A stretch of DNA of 47,956 nt, taken from IMG/VR virus record IMGVR_UViG_3300032270_000962, positions 1-47,956 of that record. One strand, given 5' to 3'. This document shows, piece after piece, positions 36,421 to 45,900 of this stretch (position 1 is its first letter; each line of letters begins with the position of its first letter). The stretch is from a virus (Duplodnaviria > Caudoviricetes). A model generated the notes under the pieces. It saw nothing but the letters and a program-made list of their open reading frames with translations. It was not told where the DNA came from and ran no database searches. The translations under genes and the position numbers were made by a program.

Positions 36421-36950
36421 CCAAGGATGAGCTGATTGAAATAGTCAAAAGGATCCACGCTGCCCACTCAAAGCAGATCATGAAGGCTGACGAGACCCAC
36501 ACATACCGTGCTTGGTGGGACATCCTCGGACATCTTGACGAATCCACTGTCTGGGAAGCTTACGTGAGTGGCGCGGCAACGAGAAAATGGTTACCAACGC
36601 CGGGTGAAATTTTATCGACGGTGGTGGATGACATGCTGGGTGGTTTTCCTACCCCCTTACAGGCATGGGGACAGTTCCAAGACCAAGTCAGAGCAGCCAA
36701 TGCTGGCATACAACCTAATAGGCAACCTCACTCCACGGTCATAGAGACTGCCAAACGTCTAGGGGACGAGGCATACAGGCTTGGAGAGCGCGACAGACAG
36801 GCCTTTATAGCTGAATGGGAAGCCGTAAGAGACGGGTTGATTAGGGAACAAGCAGAGAAGCTAACCCCTAAGAGTATGACACCCCTAGACCACGACAACG
36901 ATACTCTCATAGTTCTCCCTGTAACACCGACGGTGGTGGATGAGAAGTAA
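36417..36950 (+). CDS. Putative helicase loader/inhibitor (G39P-like)
   Basis: MTKDEL..IV..I...AWWDIL..L....V..A........KW.PTPGEI...PTP.QAW. Confidence 0.55.
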   Translation: MTKDELIEIVKRIHAAHSKQIMKADETHTYRAWWDILGHLDESTVWEAYVSGAATRKWLPTPGEILSTVVDDMLGGFPTPLQAWGQFQDQVRAANAGIQPNRQPHSTVIETAKRLGDEAYRLGERDRQAFIAEWEAVRDGLIREQAEKLTPKSMTPLDHDNDTLIVLPVTPTVVDEK

Positions 36951-36963
36951 GTCAGTTGAACAA

Positions 36964-37038
36964 CGGGCTGTAGCGTAGTTTGGTTAGCGCGCTTGCCTGG
37001 GGGGCAAGAGGTCGGGAGTTCAAATCTCCCCAGCCCGA
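36964..37038 (+). tRNA. tRNA-Pro(GGG); CCA not encoded
   Basis: CGGGCTG/CAGCCCG acceptor stem, anticodon arm CTTGC-CTGGGGG-GCAAG, GTTCAAAT T-loop. Confidence 0.92.
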
Positions 37039-37139
37039 CTATTAGGGATACCTAACAAACTAGGTTGCACCCTCAGCAATACCGACTGGTGTATGTTTGT
37101 TGGCTATGTATCACCCGGCAATAGACGGCAGCAACTGAG

Positions 37140-37292
37140 ATGGCCAAGAGATTTGTATGGGTATGCCCTGAGTGTAAAGAGAAGACCGTCCTGTACGTGA
37201 AGGCTACAGAGGTTACGTGTGCCAACAAGCAGGCCCACACCTCTAGAACCGTGCCGATGGTTTGTAAGTCCCCCTCTAAGAGTGACGCCTAA
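37140..37292 (+). CDS. 50-aa Zn-finger-like protein (missing from ORF track)
   Basis: MAKRFVWVCPEC...TCANKQAH...*. Confidence 0.5.
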   Translation: MAKRFVWVCPECKEKTVLYVKATEVTCANKQAHTSRTVPMVCKSPSKSDA

Positions 37293-37531
37293 CGCCGGGT
37301 CAGCCACTATCAGTGGTTACCATCTACCGGTAAAGAACCTGGATACGGTCTCGATTTTTCACCCGGCAATCAAACGGCTTGCTTTTTCACCCGGCAATAC
37401 GGTATACGCACTGTGCTGCCCGACGACAAAGTTTCAGGAAAATCAAAACACCCGGCGAAGAAAAGGTTTTTTGTCCCTTTCAGATTGACGGTGGTGTATG
37501 ACCCCAATGATATCTGTGGTAAGTTCTAGCC

Positions 37532-37750
37532 ATGTCCAGAGTAGATGAACCATTGGTGGCATTCAGGGAAAAAGAGTGTTCTACCTGTATGTACTTTGAC
37601 CGTGCTCTGTTTGAAGGGTTTGAGGCAGATATTGGGCCTGGGTATTGTCGTAGGTATCCCCCTGTTCTGTACTCAACAGGTGGCAAGTCTAAACAGACTC
37701 AGCCAGTAGTAAGTCCTTGGGAGTGGTGTGGTGAGTGGCAGAAAGCCTAG
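37532..37750 (+). CDS. Small Cys-rich protein
   Basis: CSTC.YF...G.CRRYPP...P.V....WCGEW. Confidence 0.7.
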   Translation: MSRVDEPLVAFREKECSTCMYFDRALFEGFEADIGPGYCRRYPPVLYSTGGKSKQTQPVVSPWEWCGEWQKA

Positions 37751-37904
37751 AGGTCGTAAGCCTAAGAAAGCTACTGGTAAGTGGTCTACTCTCACCATAC
37801 GGCTAACTGCTGAAGAGAAGAACATTCTCGTTGAGCGCTCTGAGAACTGGGGTTGCTCTATGACTGAGTACCTTATGCTCCTTATGAGGCGTGATGGGTC
37901 GTAA
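37731..37904 (+). CDS. Ribbon-helix-helix-like protein (missing from ORF track)
   Basis: GTG start after GGAG; ...WSTLTIRLTAEEKNILVERSENWGCSMTEYLMLL. Confidence 0.6.
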   Translation: MSGRKPRGRKPKKATGKWSTLTIRLTAEEKNILVERSENWGCSMTEYLMLLMRRDGS

Positions 37905-38244
37905 GGCAGAGTTCCCTCGGTATTCAGATAGAACGTACTCTCTGTCCCTTCGCTGTTTGGGGCGTTTGAAACAAGACATCTTCAATGCCGCCGCCGATCA
38001 AGGCGTGAGTATGAACCAGTGGGTTCTTATGGCAGTTCGCCGTATGTTGGATTCTAAAGAAGGTATTGCCCCTTCACCTACAGGACAGTATTCCCTTCCT
38101 GATTCTTATACCGAGTTACAAGCAGTCATTAACCGTGAGCCAGTTCTTATGCCTTGCGGTAAACGTAAGGGTCGTTGTAAAGAGGACATCGTTGATCACG
38201 ATGGTATTGGTATTTGCCTCACCTGTAATCTAAGAGCTTACTAG
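37894..38244 (+). CDS. Ribbon-helix-helix (Arc/HicB-like) protein with C-terminal Cys cluster
   Basis: YSLSLRC..RLKQDIFNAAADQGVSMNQWV; PCG...C...CLTC. Confidence 0.65.
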   Translation: MGRKAEFPRYSDRTYSLSLRCLGRLKQDIFNAAADQGVSMNQWVLMAVRRMLDSKEGIAPSPTGQYSLPDSYTELQAVINREPVLMPCGKRKGRCKEDIVDHDGIGICLTCNLRAY

Positions 38245-38600
38245 TCACCCCATAGTTGTGCCAAGGTTGGCTTTACTGGTTTGATCCCCAATGCTTTTTG
38301 TTTCGCCGCCAGTTGCCTCGAGGTTAAACCTGCCCATACACCGTGTATATCTGCTGTTGGATACTGAAGTGCATATGCCAAACATGGGGTCTTTACCGGA
38401 CATTCGCGACAAAGTGCTCTTGCTTCTGCGATATATGTAATGTCCTTGTGTTCTTTGGGGAACATCAGGTTTGTTTTACCTTTGCAAGCGGCTCGTTCCA
38501 TCCATTTGTTTCCACCTTTTGATTGCATAGCAGCAACCTTGACATAGTCAGTTGTGTACTCCGTAGATGATGCTACTTTAGGCGTTTTGGCTTTTGTCAT
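38241..38600 (-). CDS. whiB: WhiB-family Fe-S transcription factor
   Basis: WMERAAC...ARALCRECPVKTPCLAYAL...GVWAGLTSRQ: four Cys plus the G[VI]W[GA]G turn. Confidence 0.92.
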   Translation of the reverse strand: MTKAKTPKVASSTEYTTDYVKVAAMQSKGGNKWMERAACKGKTNLMFPKEHKDITYIAEARALCRECPVKTPCLAYALQYPTADIHGVWAGLTSRQLAAKQKALGIKPVKPTLAQLWGD

Positions 38601-38642
38601 TTGATCTACAACCTAGTAGATGAGACAATGCTAAACGGGTAC

Positions 38643-39302
38643 CTACTTCTTTGTTACTACCCTCTTGGTTGCTGCCTTCTTGGAAGGTCGCTCTGGGGCA
38701 TCTTGAACGAGAACTTGATATGGCGCCGCCGTCCCTGGGTCATATCGGCCAGCCACTGCAATTGCTTTGAGGGCTGCTTGTTTTGCTGTCCGCAGTCCAA
38801 CCTTGCCACCGGAAGGCATTGCTGTAGCAAGTGACCCCAAAGCAAACTGAGCACCAGAACCTATTGCATACACCCCAAAGGCATCACTAAGCCATGCATA
38901 GTCACCGTCGATAACGTATATCGTTCCGTTTATCGCCACCATAATGATTGAGCTCTGTTCTGCTTGGTGCACAGAACTTTCGGTATGAGGGTTTGAATAC
39001 CCTTCAATATCAAAACATTGTCTCAATGACGGAATGAACTTGGTGGTTATGAAGTGATCAAGCTTCCTTCCCCTAAGTATTGTGGGTGGGGTAGGAGGGT
39101 TGAACGAGTGGGTCAATATGTTTATTGCCCGCACATCGCCAGCAACACCCATAAGGTATCTACCGTTTTGGGCAATCTTGAAGCCAATCTCTTTCAGGCT
39201 CATAGACTGCGTGGCTGTGCCATCGTAGTCAACCTCAGTCACACGCGAGTCAGCGCATATCACTGCATATGAATCACCCTGAATACCAATAATTGTAGTC
39301 AT
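38643..39302 (-). CDS. Ntn-hydrolase of the proteasome-beta/HslV type
   Basis: MTTII...ADSRVT...KI...AGD...AIGSGAQFALG...D; N-terminal Thr nucleophile. Confidence 0.85.
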   Translation of the reverse strand: MTTIIGIQGDSYAVICADSRVTEVDYDGTATQSMSLKEIGFKIAQNGRYLMGVAGDVRAINILTHSFNPPTPPTILRGRKLDHFITTKFIPSLRQCFDIEGYSNPHTESSVHQAEQSSIIMVAINGTIYVIDGDYAWLSDAFGVYAIGSGAQFALGSLATAMPSGGKVGLRTAKQAALKAIAVAGRYDPGTAAPYQVLVQDAPERPSKKAATKRVVTKK

Positions 39303-39305
39303 GGG

Positions 39306-39473
39306 TTAGTCTTCCCAGATGTCGAGGACTTTCTTTCCTGCTTCGGTTGATGCGTAAAGCCAGTCGCCGTCAGGTGTTATCCCGACTATTTCAACTAGAC
39401 CCATGTCGCTAAGTTCCTGTAGTGCCTGAACAACTTCATCATTCACAGGTACTAAGGGTTCGTATTCGTTCAT
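39306..39473 (-). CDS. Small winged-helix-like protein
   Basis: ALQELSDMGLVE.......Y..TEAGK; ATGA overlap. Confidence 0.5.
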   Translation of the reverse strand: MNEYEPLVPVNDEVVQALQELSDMGLVEIVGITPDGDWLYASTEAGKKVLDIWED

Positions 39474-40663
39474 GCTGCGTACTCCTTGCCTTGTCGCATT
39501 GCCCAACCACCGTAGATTGGGATGCACTCATAGGTGAATTTGGCTTCGCCCTCTTTTTCGTAGGTAACTACACCAAGACCCTGTTGCCAGTTCTCGTGGC
39601 GAGTGAGCGGTCGTCCGTCAAGATCTACACCACCCCTGGTTGAGGGAATGGCGCCATCGATGCGAGCAAGACAGCCTGGACTTGCCGCCATGATGGTTCT
39701 TGGGCCGTCGTAGTCTTCTCTAGTTTTGTACGCAGTCTCAATCCTGTGAATGTGTCCGTAGATGACGGAAGTCTTTTCTTGGTTAAGATATACGTGAGCA
39801 GTAGAGCCACCCGACTTGACTCGGTCGCCGTGGATAATCCTTAGTTTTTCGTTTAGCCAGTAGTCGGCCGCTGGGTATCCAGGCTTATAGGTGATGTTGT
39901 ACTCGTCCATCTTTACGAGGAATGGCACCGAAAGCACTGGCCAAGACTCTGGTTGGTTGGCTCGCTTGAGTCCATATGCCGCCATTGCATTGGTAGCAAG
40001 GTACTTGGGCATACGCTCTTCGTGGTTACCTGCCAACCAAGTGATGGTTGCATCTGGTGCCACCTTGCGCAACTGAGCACACAACAGCGCGGCACGGTCA
40101 ATCGAAGCTTGCGTGGTCTGTTGGTAGGTGGGGTAACAGAGATACTTGCCCATCTCGGGAAGGTCTAAGTTGTCGCCAACCAACACAACTTCGTCTGGGT
40201 CAATGTCGGCAATCATCGCTAAAGCAACTGATATGGCCGCCTCATCGTGGGTTGGCTCAAGGTTTCCCTCAACTCCTCGGTAGAAACCGATTTGTATATC
40301 AGGCACAATTACGGCAGTTCGGAAGCCGGTACCCTTTCGGACTTTTGTCGTCGCTTTTGGTATCGTGTAACTAGGACCAGGAACGATTACAGGCCACTTG
40401 GGACCGTTATCCCATGAGGGTACAAACTGAACGGCTGTGAGATCGACAACCTGTGGTTCGCCTTCCTCGCTTTTGACCACCGTTTGGTAGAACGACACTC
40501 TTTTGAGGTCACCCACCTCTGCTGGGTCAATACCACGCTTCTCAAATAGTTCGGCTATGGCTTGAACGTTCTTGCTACGTATCCCTTTGTCGTCTATCTC
40601 TTTGACTTCTTTTGCCAAGAGTTCAGCGACACGGCTTGAATTTACTTTGTCTGTGTTCGGCAT
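39470..40663 (-). CDS. Calcineurin-like metallophosphoesterase
   Basis: PDIQ, GDNLD, GNHE, IHG and GHIHR motifs; start moved to the ATG at 40663, after GGAG. Confidence 0.85.
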   Translation of the reverse strand: MPNTDKVNSSRVAELLAKEVKEIDDKGIRSKNVQAIAELFEKRGIDPAEVGDLKRVSFYQTVVKSEEGEPQVVDLTAVQFVPSWDNGPKWPVIVPGPSYTIPKATTKVRKGTGFRTAVIVPDIQIGFYRGVEGNLEPTHDEAAISVALAMIADIDPDEVVLVGDNLDLPEMGKYLCYPTYQQTTQASIDRAALLCAQLRKVAPDATITWLAGNHEERMPKYLATNAMAAYGLKRANQPESWPVLSVPFLVKMDEYNITYKPGYPAADYWLNEKLRIIHGDRVKSGGSTAHVYLNQEKTSVIYGHIHRIETAYKTREDYDGPRTIMAASPGCLARIDGAIPSTRGGVDLDGRPLTRHENWQQGLGVVTYEKEGEAKFTYECIPIYGGWAMRQGKEYAA

Positions 40664-40914
40664 GCGCACGTCTCCGATTCTGTGTAGCACTTACGCTTCT
40701 CGGCAAGAAAAATCCTGTTCACCTTGTGTCCGTCGGCACCAAGTATTCTGACTATCTTGCTGGTGGGTAGGCTGCTTTTTAGTGCGGCTCCCAACGCGGC
40801 TTGATCTTCGTCTGACAGAGCACCCAGCACGGTTTGGAACCTGCAAGTTTTCTCTTCATTGATAGCACCGAACAGAAGTTCGGCTAGTGATGTATCCTTG
40901 TTATTACTTGGCAT
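40642..40914 (-). CDS. Hypothetical protein
   Basis: ORF track; AAGGGG Shine-Dalgarno-like site. Confidence 0.6.
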   Translation of the reverse strand: MPSNNKDTSLAELLFGAINEEKTCRFQTVLGALSDEDQAALGAALKSSLPTSKIVRILGADGHKVNRIFLAEKRKCYTESETCACRTQTK

Positions 40915-40990
40915 CTACAAGCCCCTTACATGTGGTTGGTCATTTTCCCCGCTTGTCTTAAACAATAACACATCAAGTGTCTAGACACGG

Positions 40991-41329
40991 TTACCTGTTT
41001 TGTATTTGTAGCCAAGATCCGAAAACATCATCGTTTCTCGGTATCACCCATATTTGCATGAGCTCAATGTCTTCAAAGTCACCAACATTGGTCCAACACA
41101 ATGTTATGGGGCTCGTAGCAGGACACGACCCAACATTGCAGTCAAGGCCGTAGCGGTTGATAAACGTCTCAACAATACAACCATGACGAGGATGGCGACA
41201 TGGCTTGGTGGGATCGCTGCTGTTCGGGCAATTGATGCTCGTGACTTTTAGTTCTGGTCCAATGATTTGTACGGTCATCCAGTGACCGTCGTCGTGCCAA
41301 TTCATGTTGGCTTCGTTCAGAATGCTCAC
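40991..41329 (-). CDS. Hypothetical Cys-containing protein
   Basis: ORF track. Confidence 0.55.
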   Translation of the reverse strand: MSILNEANMNWHDDGHWMTVQIIGPELKVTSINCPNSSDPTKPCRHPRHGCIVETFINRYGLDCNVGSCPATSPITLCWTNVGDFEDIELMQIWVIPRNDDVFGSWLQIQNR

Positions 41330-41338
41330 GAAGGTATA

Positions 41339-41521
41339 TTAGTCGGTTCGCTTATCCTTTTTGCCATGAAGGTCATGGGTGCGAAGGGGATGACCCAAAG
41401 GGAGTCTTGAGCGACGCTTGCCAGCCTTCGTGCCAGTGACGATCTCGACTGCACCAGTAACAGGGTGTATTCGTTCTCGCTGTTGGGAGCCTTTGGCTGA
41501 CTTGTTTTTCTGCTTACCCAT
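41339..41521 (-). CDS. Small basic protein
   Basis: ORF track; co-oriented in the operon. Confidence 0.5.
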   Translation of the reverse strand: MGKQKNKSAKGSQQRERIHPVTGAVEIVTGTKAGKRRSRLPLGHPLRTHDLHGKKDKRTD

Positions 41522-41524
41522 AAA

Positions 41525-41872
41525 CTAGGGCTTACTTCTTCGGCGCTTGATAGGGGCTGGCTCATTGAGGTTTTGAGGATTTACAAATCTAGCAACATCC
41601 ATCTCGGCATGGGAAGCGAGGTGTTCAAATAAAACCTTGTCCTGTAAGGCATTGGCATTTTCAAGACGCGTGATATGCATGGTTAGATTGCTCTCAACCC
41701 TGTCCAACGAACGCCCAAGACCGCTACCCATGGTCTCAACTCGACCCACCAGTGACTCGTGTTCTTTGGTGTTTAGTGCCCAGCGTTCATCTTCGTTACG
41801 TGTGCGGCGCTCAACAATCGCAACAACAACAAGGGAAATGGCACCCACGACAGCCGCAATCACTTCGATCAT
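41525..41872 (-). CDS. Single-TM coiled-coil protein, lysis-associated (holin-like)
   Basis: N-terminal TM segment followed by a coiled coil; directly downstream of the endolysin. Confidence 0.55.
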   Translation of the reverse strand: MIEVIAAVVGAISLVVVAIVERRTRNEDERWALNTKEHESLVGRVETMGSGLGRSLDRVESNLTMHITRLENANALQDKVLFEHLASHAEMDVARFVNPQNLNEPAPIKRRRSKP

Positions 41873-41875
41873 GTT

Positions 41876-42697
41876 TTATAAGCCGATACCCAGGTCATCA
41901 AGAACTCGCTTGCCAGCCTTTGGGTCAGCACCGTAATTCTTGGATTTCTTGTAGGCAACAACTGCATCAACTGTCTTTGGTCCAAACTGTCCGTCTGCTG
42001 CACCTTTGTAAAAACCGCGCTCTGCAAGTTCTTCTTGGAGTTTGGTTACTCGTGGACCACTGTCACCTGGGTCTAGATCGCCCCCATCGTCGTTGGTGGC
42101 TGGAGAAGTAGCAGATGCGATGTCGGGTTTCGCACCTGCCACCGGAGCCGAGATGCCACTAGCTGACATGTGTTCGGCAACGGCTGCTGGAGGGGTGTCA
42201 CCCTCCGTATATCTTAAGTGCCATGGCTCTTCTGGCACTACTTCCCAAGAGAATCCAAACTTGCGAACATTGGCAATAAGCCAATTTAAACGCTTTGGTT
42301 CTCCAGCAGAGTGAATATCGACGGCGAGTCCGCTGTTGTGTTGCGATGTACCTGGCGCGGCAAGGCTCGCAAGTTTTTCCTCTTTTTTATACCACTTCTT
42401 TCCTTCAAAAGTTCTGGTTGAGTTTCCATTTGGGGTGGTTGTGTAGCGTGTTTTAAAAGCTGCAAGTTGAGACTCGTAGGTTCGATACATATCTGCTGGG
42501 GAAGTCGGTTTTAGTTCGACGCCATCTATTTTTGCTGCTGCAACCATTGCACTCCACGCAGCACTGGCCAGCCAATGAAGCTTTCCACCACCAACCGATG
42601 GTCGCAAAAGACTTTCTGGAAGTTTCCCAGGATCAATGCCCTTGAGGTCTTTTGGTTGTTTGACAGGAACGATTATGTTCCAAGCAACGTTGCTCAT
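41876..42697 (-). CDS. Endolysin: M15 (VanY-like) Zn peptidase plus C-terminal peptidoglycan-binding domain
   Basis: YRTY..Q, PGTSQHNSGLAVD and EPWH motifs; GDSGPRVTKLQEEL...DGQFGPKT..AV..Y. Confidence 0.9.
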   Translation of the reverse strand: MSNVAWNIIVPVKQPKDLKGIDPGKLPESLLRPSVGGGKLHWLASAAWSAMVAAAKIDGVELKPTSPADMYRTYESQLAAFKTRYTTTPNGNSTRTFEGKKWYKKEEKLASLAAPGTSQHNSGLAVDIHSAGEPKRLNWLIANVRKFGFSWEVVPEEPWHLRYTEGDTPPAAVAEHMSASGISAPVAGAKPDIASATSPATNDDGGDLDPGDSGPRVTKLQEELAERGFYKGAADGQFGPKTVDAVVAYKKSKNYGADPKAGKRVLDDLGIGL

Positions 42698-42942
42698 TTT
42701 GAATCCTTGTCTTTTCCGTCAACCTTGTTGAATACATCATTGATTTCCTCAAGGGTAAGTTTCCCATCGTCTAGGAAAGCCCTTGATAAACCCTCTACAA
42801 CGAAGGCCACCCCAGCAATACCTGCCATAAAGCAGGCCTTCCAAATGGGGACCCCAGCGATTGCCCCAGCACCAATAACCCCTAGACCAGAAGCAGCAAA
42901 AGTGGCAAGAATCCTAAGTAACACATTTTGTATTTGCGCCAT
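42694..42942 (-). CDS. Putative holin
   Basis: Two TM segments and a charged C-terminus; ATGA-coupled to the endolysin. Confidence 0.6.
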   Translation of the reverse strand: MAQIQNVLLRILATFAASGLGVIGAGAIAGVPIWKACFMAGIAGVAFVVEGLSRAFLDDGKLTLEEINDVFNKVDGKDKDSK

Positions 42943-42943
42943 T

Positions 42944-45900
42944 TTATTCAGGCTCCTTCATATGGAGATACAGCGCACCAACAAGGGCCAACACCGAAGA
43001 GATACCAGCAATTTTTTGGATACTTCCCGAAAGGGTCAGATAAACAATCAATGAACCCGAGATGGTGAAGCCAAGGTTGATCAGACCGTAACTGAATTTT
43101 TTCATAGCCATACCCCAGTCTAAAACTCGTACTCCACTATTATACCTAAAAATGCTCATGTTCTTTATCCACTCCAGTCCATCCCATGCAATTTCTCCAC
43201 TCATTTCCTCTTCTTCATTTCTGCGAGTCGCAACATCACCACCTGCTGGCGAAGGGCCACCAGAACCACCAGAACCGCTTCCAGTGCCACCAGAAGGACC
43301 GTTGGGACCAGAGGAAGGGGAAAGTGCACCAGAGGCTCCTATCGCCCCAATAGCGGCAACTGCGGCCCCAACAGCAAGAACCGTTCTGCGATCACCGACA
43401 TTAATATTTGAACCTAAAGCAATGTATGAATCAAACACGCCAGCGAACACGTTGATTTCTTCTTCAAAAGATTCTTTTACATCGGTTGGTGCGTCCGTAA
43501 GTGCCTCGGCAATCTGTGCACCTTCTTCTTCCGAGACCTCGGCAACAACGACCGCATCAAACACCGCCGTTGCTTGTTCACCGTCAATGCTTTCAAGCAC
43601 CTTGGCGCTTGTTGCCAACGCTGTTGCTTGTTCCCCATCAATACCGCCTTCTTGTTGAATTACCAATGTGACAACTTGTCCAACTTGCTCACTCGTAATC
43701 GTGTCTGATTCGAGGACATCCACGATGACCCCGAGTGACTCAGCATTCAATTCACCACCCAAGACGGCGGTAAAGGTTTCAATCAAAACCTCGGTGCTTA
43801 CTTCTTCGTCAAAGACCGAACCAAGAACAGCGCTCAACAATTCCGAGGTGAGTTCGTCTGCCAATACGTCAACGATGAGGTCAATGGTTTCTGCATCCGA
43901 GAGGTCACCATCAAACACACTGTCAAAGACTGCTTCTGTTTCTGACATACTCAGGTTTGTTTCAAGCAAGTCCCCAAGAACCGTCATGGTGTCTGCAACT
44001 GAAATGTCCTCGTCAAACACTGCATTCATTACTTTTGAAATATCCCCACCACTTGCTGGGCCATCAAAGATTGAACTGAGTGCAGAAACCATGGCTTCAG
44101 GAGATGTTGTTTCCGAGAACGCGGCTTCAAGAACTTTGTCAAATTCTTTATCGCTAAGGTCGGCATCAAGCATTGTTGTTAGTGCTTCGGTGAAAACTTC
44201 ACTAGAGACATCGTCAGCGAACACGGCATCAAGAACCTTTGTGAATTCTTTATCGCTTAAGTCGGCTCCCAGGAATGAATCAATAACAGCACCAACATCT
44301 GCACCTGGTTCGTCAAGTGAACCAAGGGTTGCGTCTACTACTGCGTCAAACTGTTTTGGTGTTAAGTCGGCATCAAGGAGTCCATCAAGGACGGCAGTCA
44401 TTTCTTCTGTGGATGCGTCTGGAGTGAATGCAGTATCCAAAATACCTGCAAGTTCTCCTGTGGATATTGCTTCTCCTGCTTCTGGGAGGGTAACCTCACC
44501 TGGTGGAATTATTACTACTACCGTTTCGGGTTCTGTTCCAACTGGTGGAATTACTAATTCTGGCAGTGCGGTTTCTGGTTCTGTTCCTACGGGAAGCGTC
44601 ACCGTTGTGGATTCTGTTTCAGGCTCTGGCAATTGCGGCAGTGGCACTGTTGTATCGTCTGGGGGAGTCACGACGACAGGAGAGACGCTCGTACTGGTCG
44701 TCCCAGTATCAACAGGTGGAATAACAACAACAACTGGCGGTACATAAACGGTAGTTGTAGTTGTAGTTGGAACAGTAGTGGTAGTCGTAGTACTGGTAGT
44801 AGTGGTCGTAGTAGTAGAAGAAGTAGTTGTAGTGGTTGTGGTAATTGTGTTACCAGACTCCACATACCCAGAGCCCGAGAAATTGTTTGTGTTGGCAGAA
44901 GTATTACCAAATGTGTTTCCACTGGCTGTAGAGAAAGAGTTTGCACTTACTCCGTTGTATACCGAAGAGCCGTTATTCCAATTGTTTGCAAACTGAATAG
45001 CGGTGGTGTTGCCATTGAATGTATTACCAGAAACCGTTTGGTTACCAGCACCAACCGCCCAACCCGTCGGAATCCATGAAGAGAAATACACGCCTGTACC
45101 GTTTGAAGTAAATGTTGAGTTAGTTACCTGCTGACGGTTAAGACCGCCTAGTTCTGCACCAACCTGTGTGTTGCTAATAAATTGGGTGTTGTTTATCTTG
45201 AAGAATCTTTCTCCAGATATTCCGTAAGTATTATTAGAAAAAACCGAATCATAAACGTATGTGCGGTTTGTGTAATCGGAATCAGTTTGGCTCAAAGCCG
45301 ATGGCGTCGAACCATAGTCTCCAGCAATACCGACATATAGATAATCAAATGTTGTATCCGTGAGGGTGGAGACAGAACCTCCTCCATTATTGAACACGGC
45401 AGAGCCTGCTGTCATTCCCGTGAAGCGAACATCGGTTGCAGAGAAAGTGCCTGCACCGTTATTCACAAGACCGCCGTTTGTGGCTTGCCCTTTCTTTAAT
45501 GTCATGTCCGAAATCGTCAACGACTTGCCAGATGAGATATTGAATGGGCGATACAAATTGTTGCCATCAATAATGGTGGAAGTTAAACCAGCACCAGTGA
45601 TTGTCAAGTTGTCCGAAATTGCAGGTAGAGCAGAAGTAAGCGTGATTGTTCCGGTGTTGCCTGAAGCAAAAGTAATGGTATTAATAGTGGCTGAAGCGTT
45701 CGCCGTAGTGATAGCCCAACGCAAAGAGCCCGAGCCCGAAGTATCTAAAAGATTTGCAACAATGACAGATGTTGGGGCAGGAACCGTGATGGACGCAGCC
45801 GAGTTTGCCGTTAGTGACCCAATTGAGTTTGTTTTAGTTACGCGGACTCGTATTTGTTTCGCAACATCATCTAAACCAACCGCATATGTTGAAGATGTTG

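Larger units (their letters stand above)
26800..37501 (+). repeat. Nine co-oriented copies of (TT)GACGGTGG-N2-GATGA
   Basis: Copies start at 26800, 29926, 35062, 35538, 35826, 36234, 36615, 36927 and 37485, all on the plus strand. Confidence 0.85.

Noticed and set aside
26800-37501. TTGACG in the second repeat as an ordinary sigma-A -35 box
   Set aside because: There is no consistent TANNNT 16-18 bp downstream, and three copies lack the TT.
44750-44845. GTA/GTT/GTG triplet run as a DNA repeat element
   Set aside because: It is the poly-Thr linker of the 42944..47131 protein read on the opposite strand.
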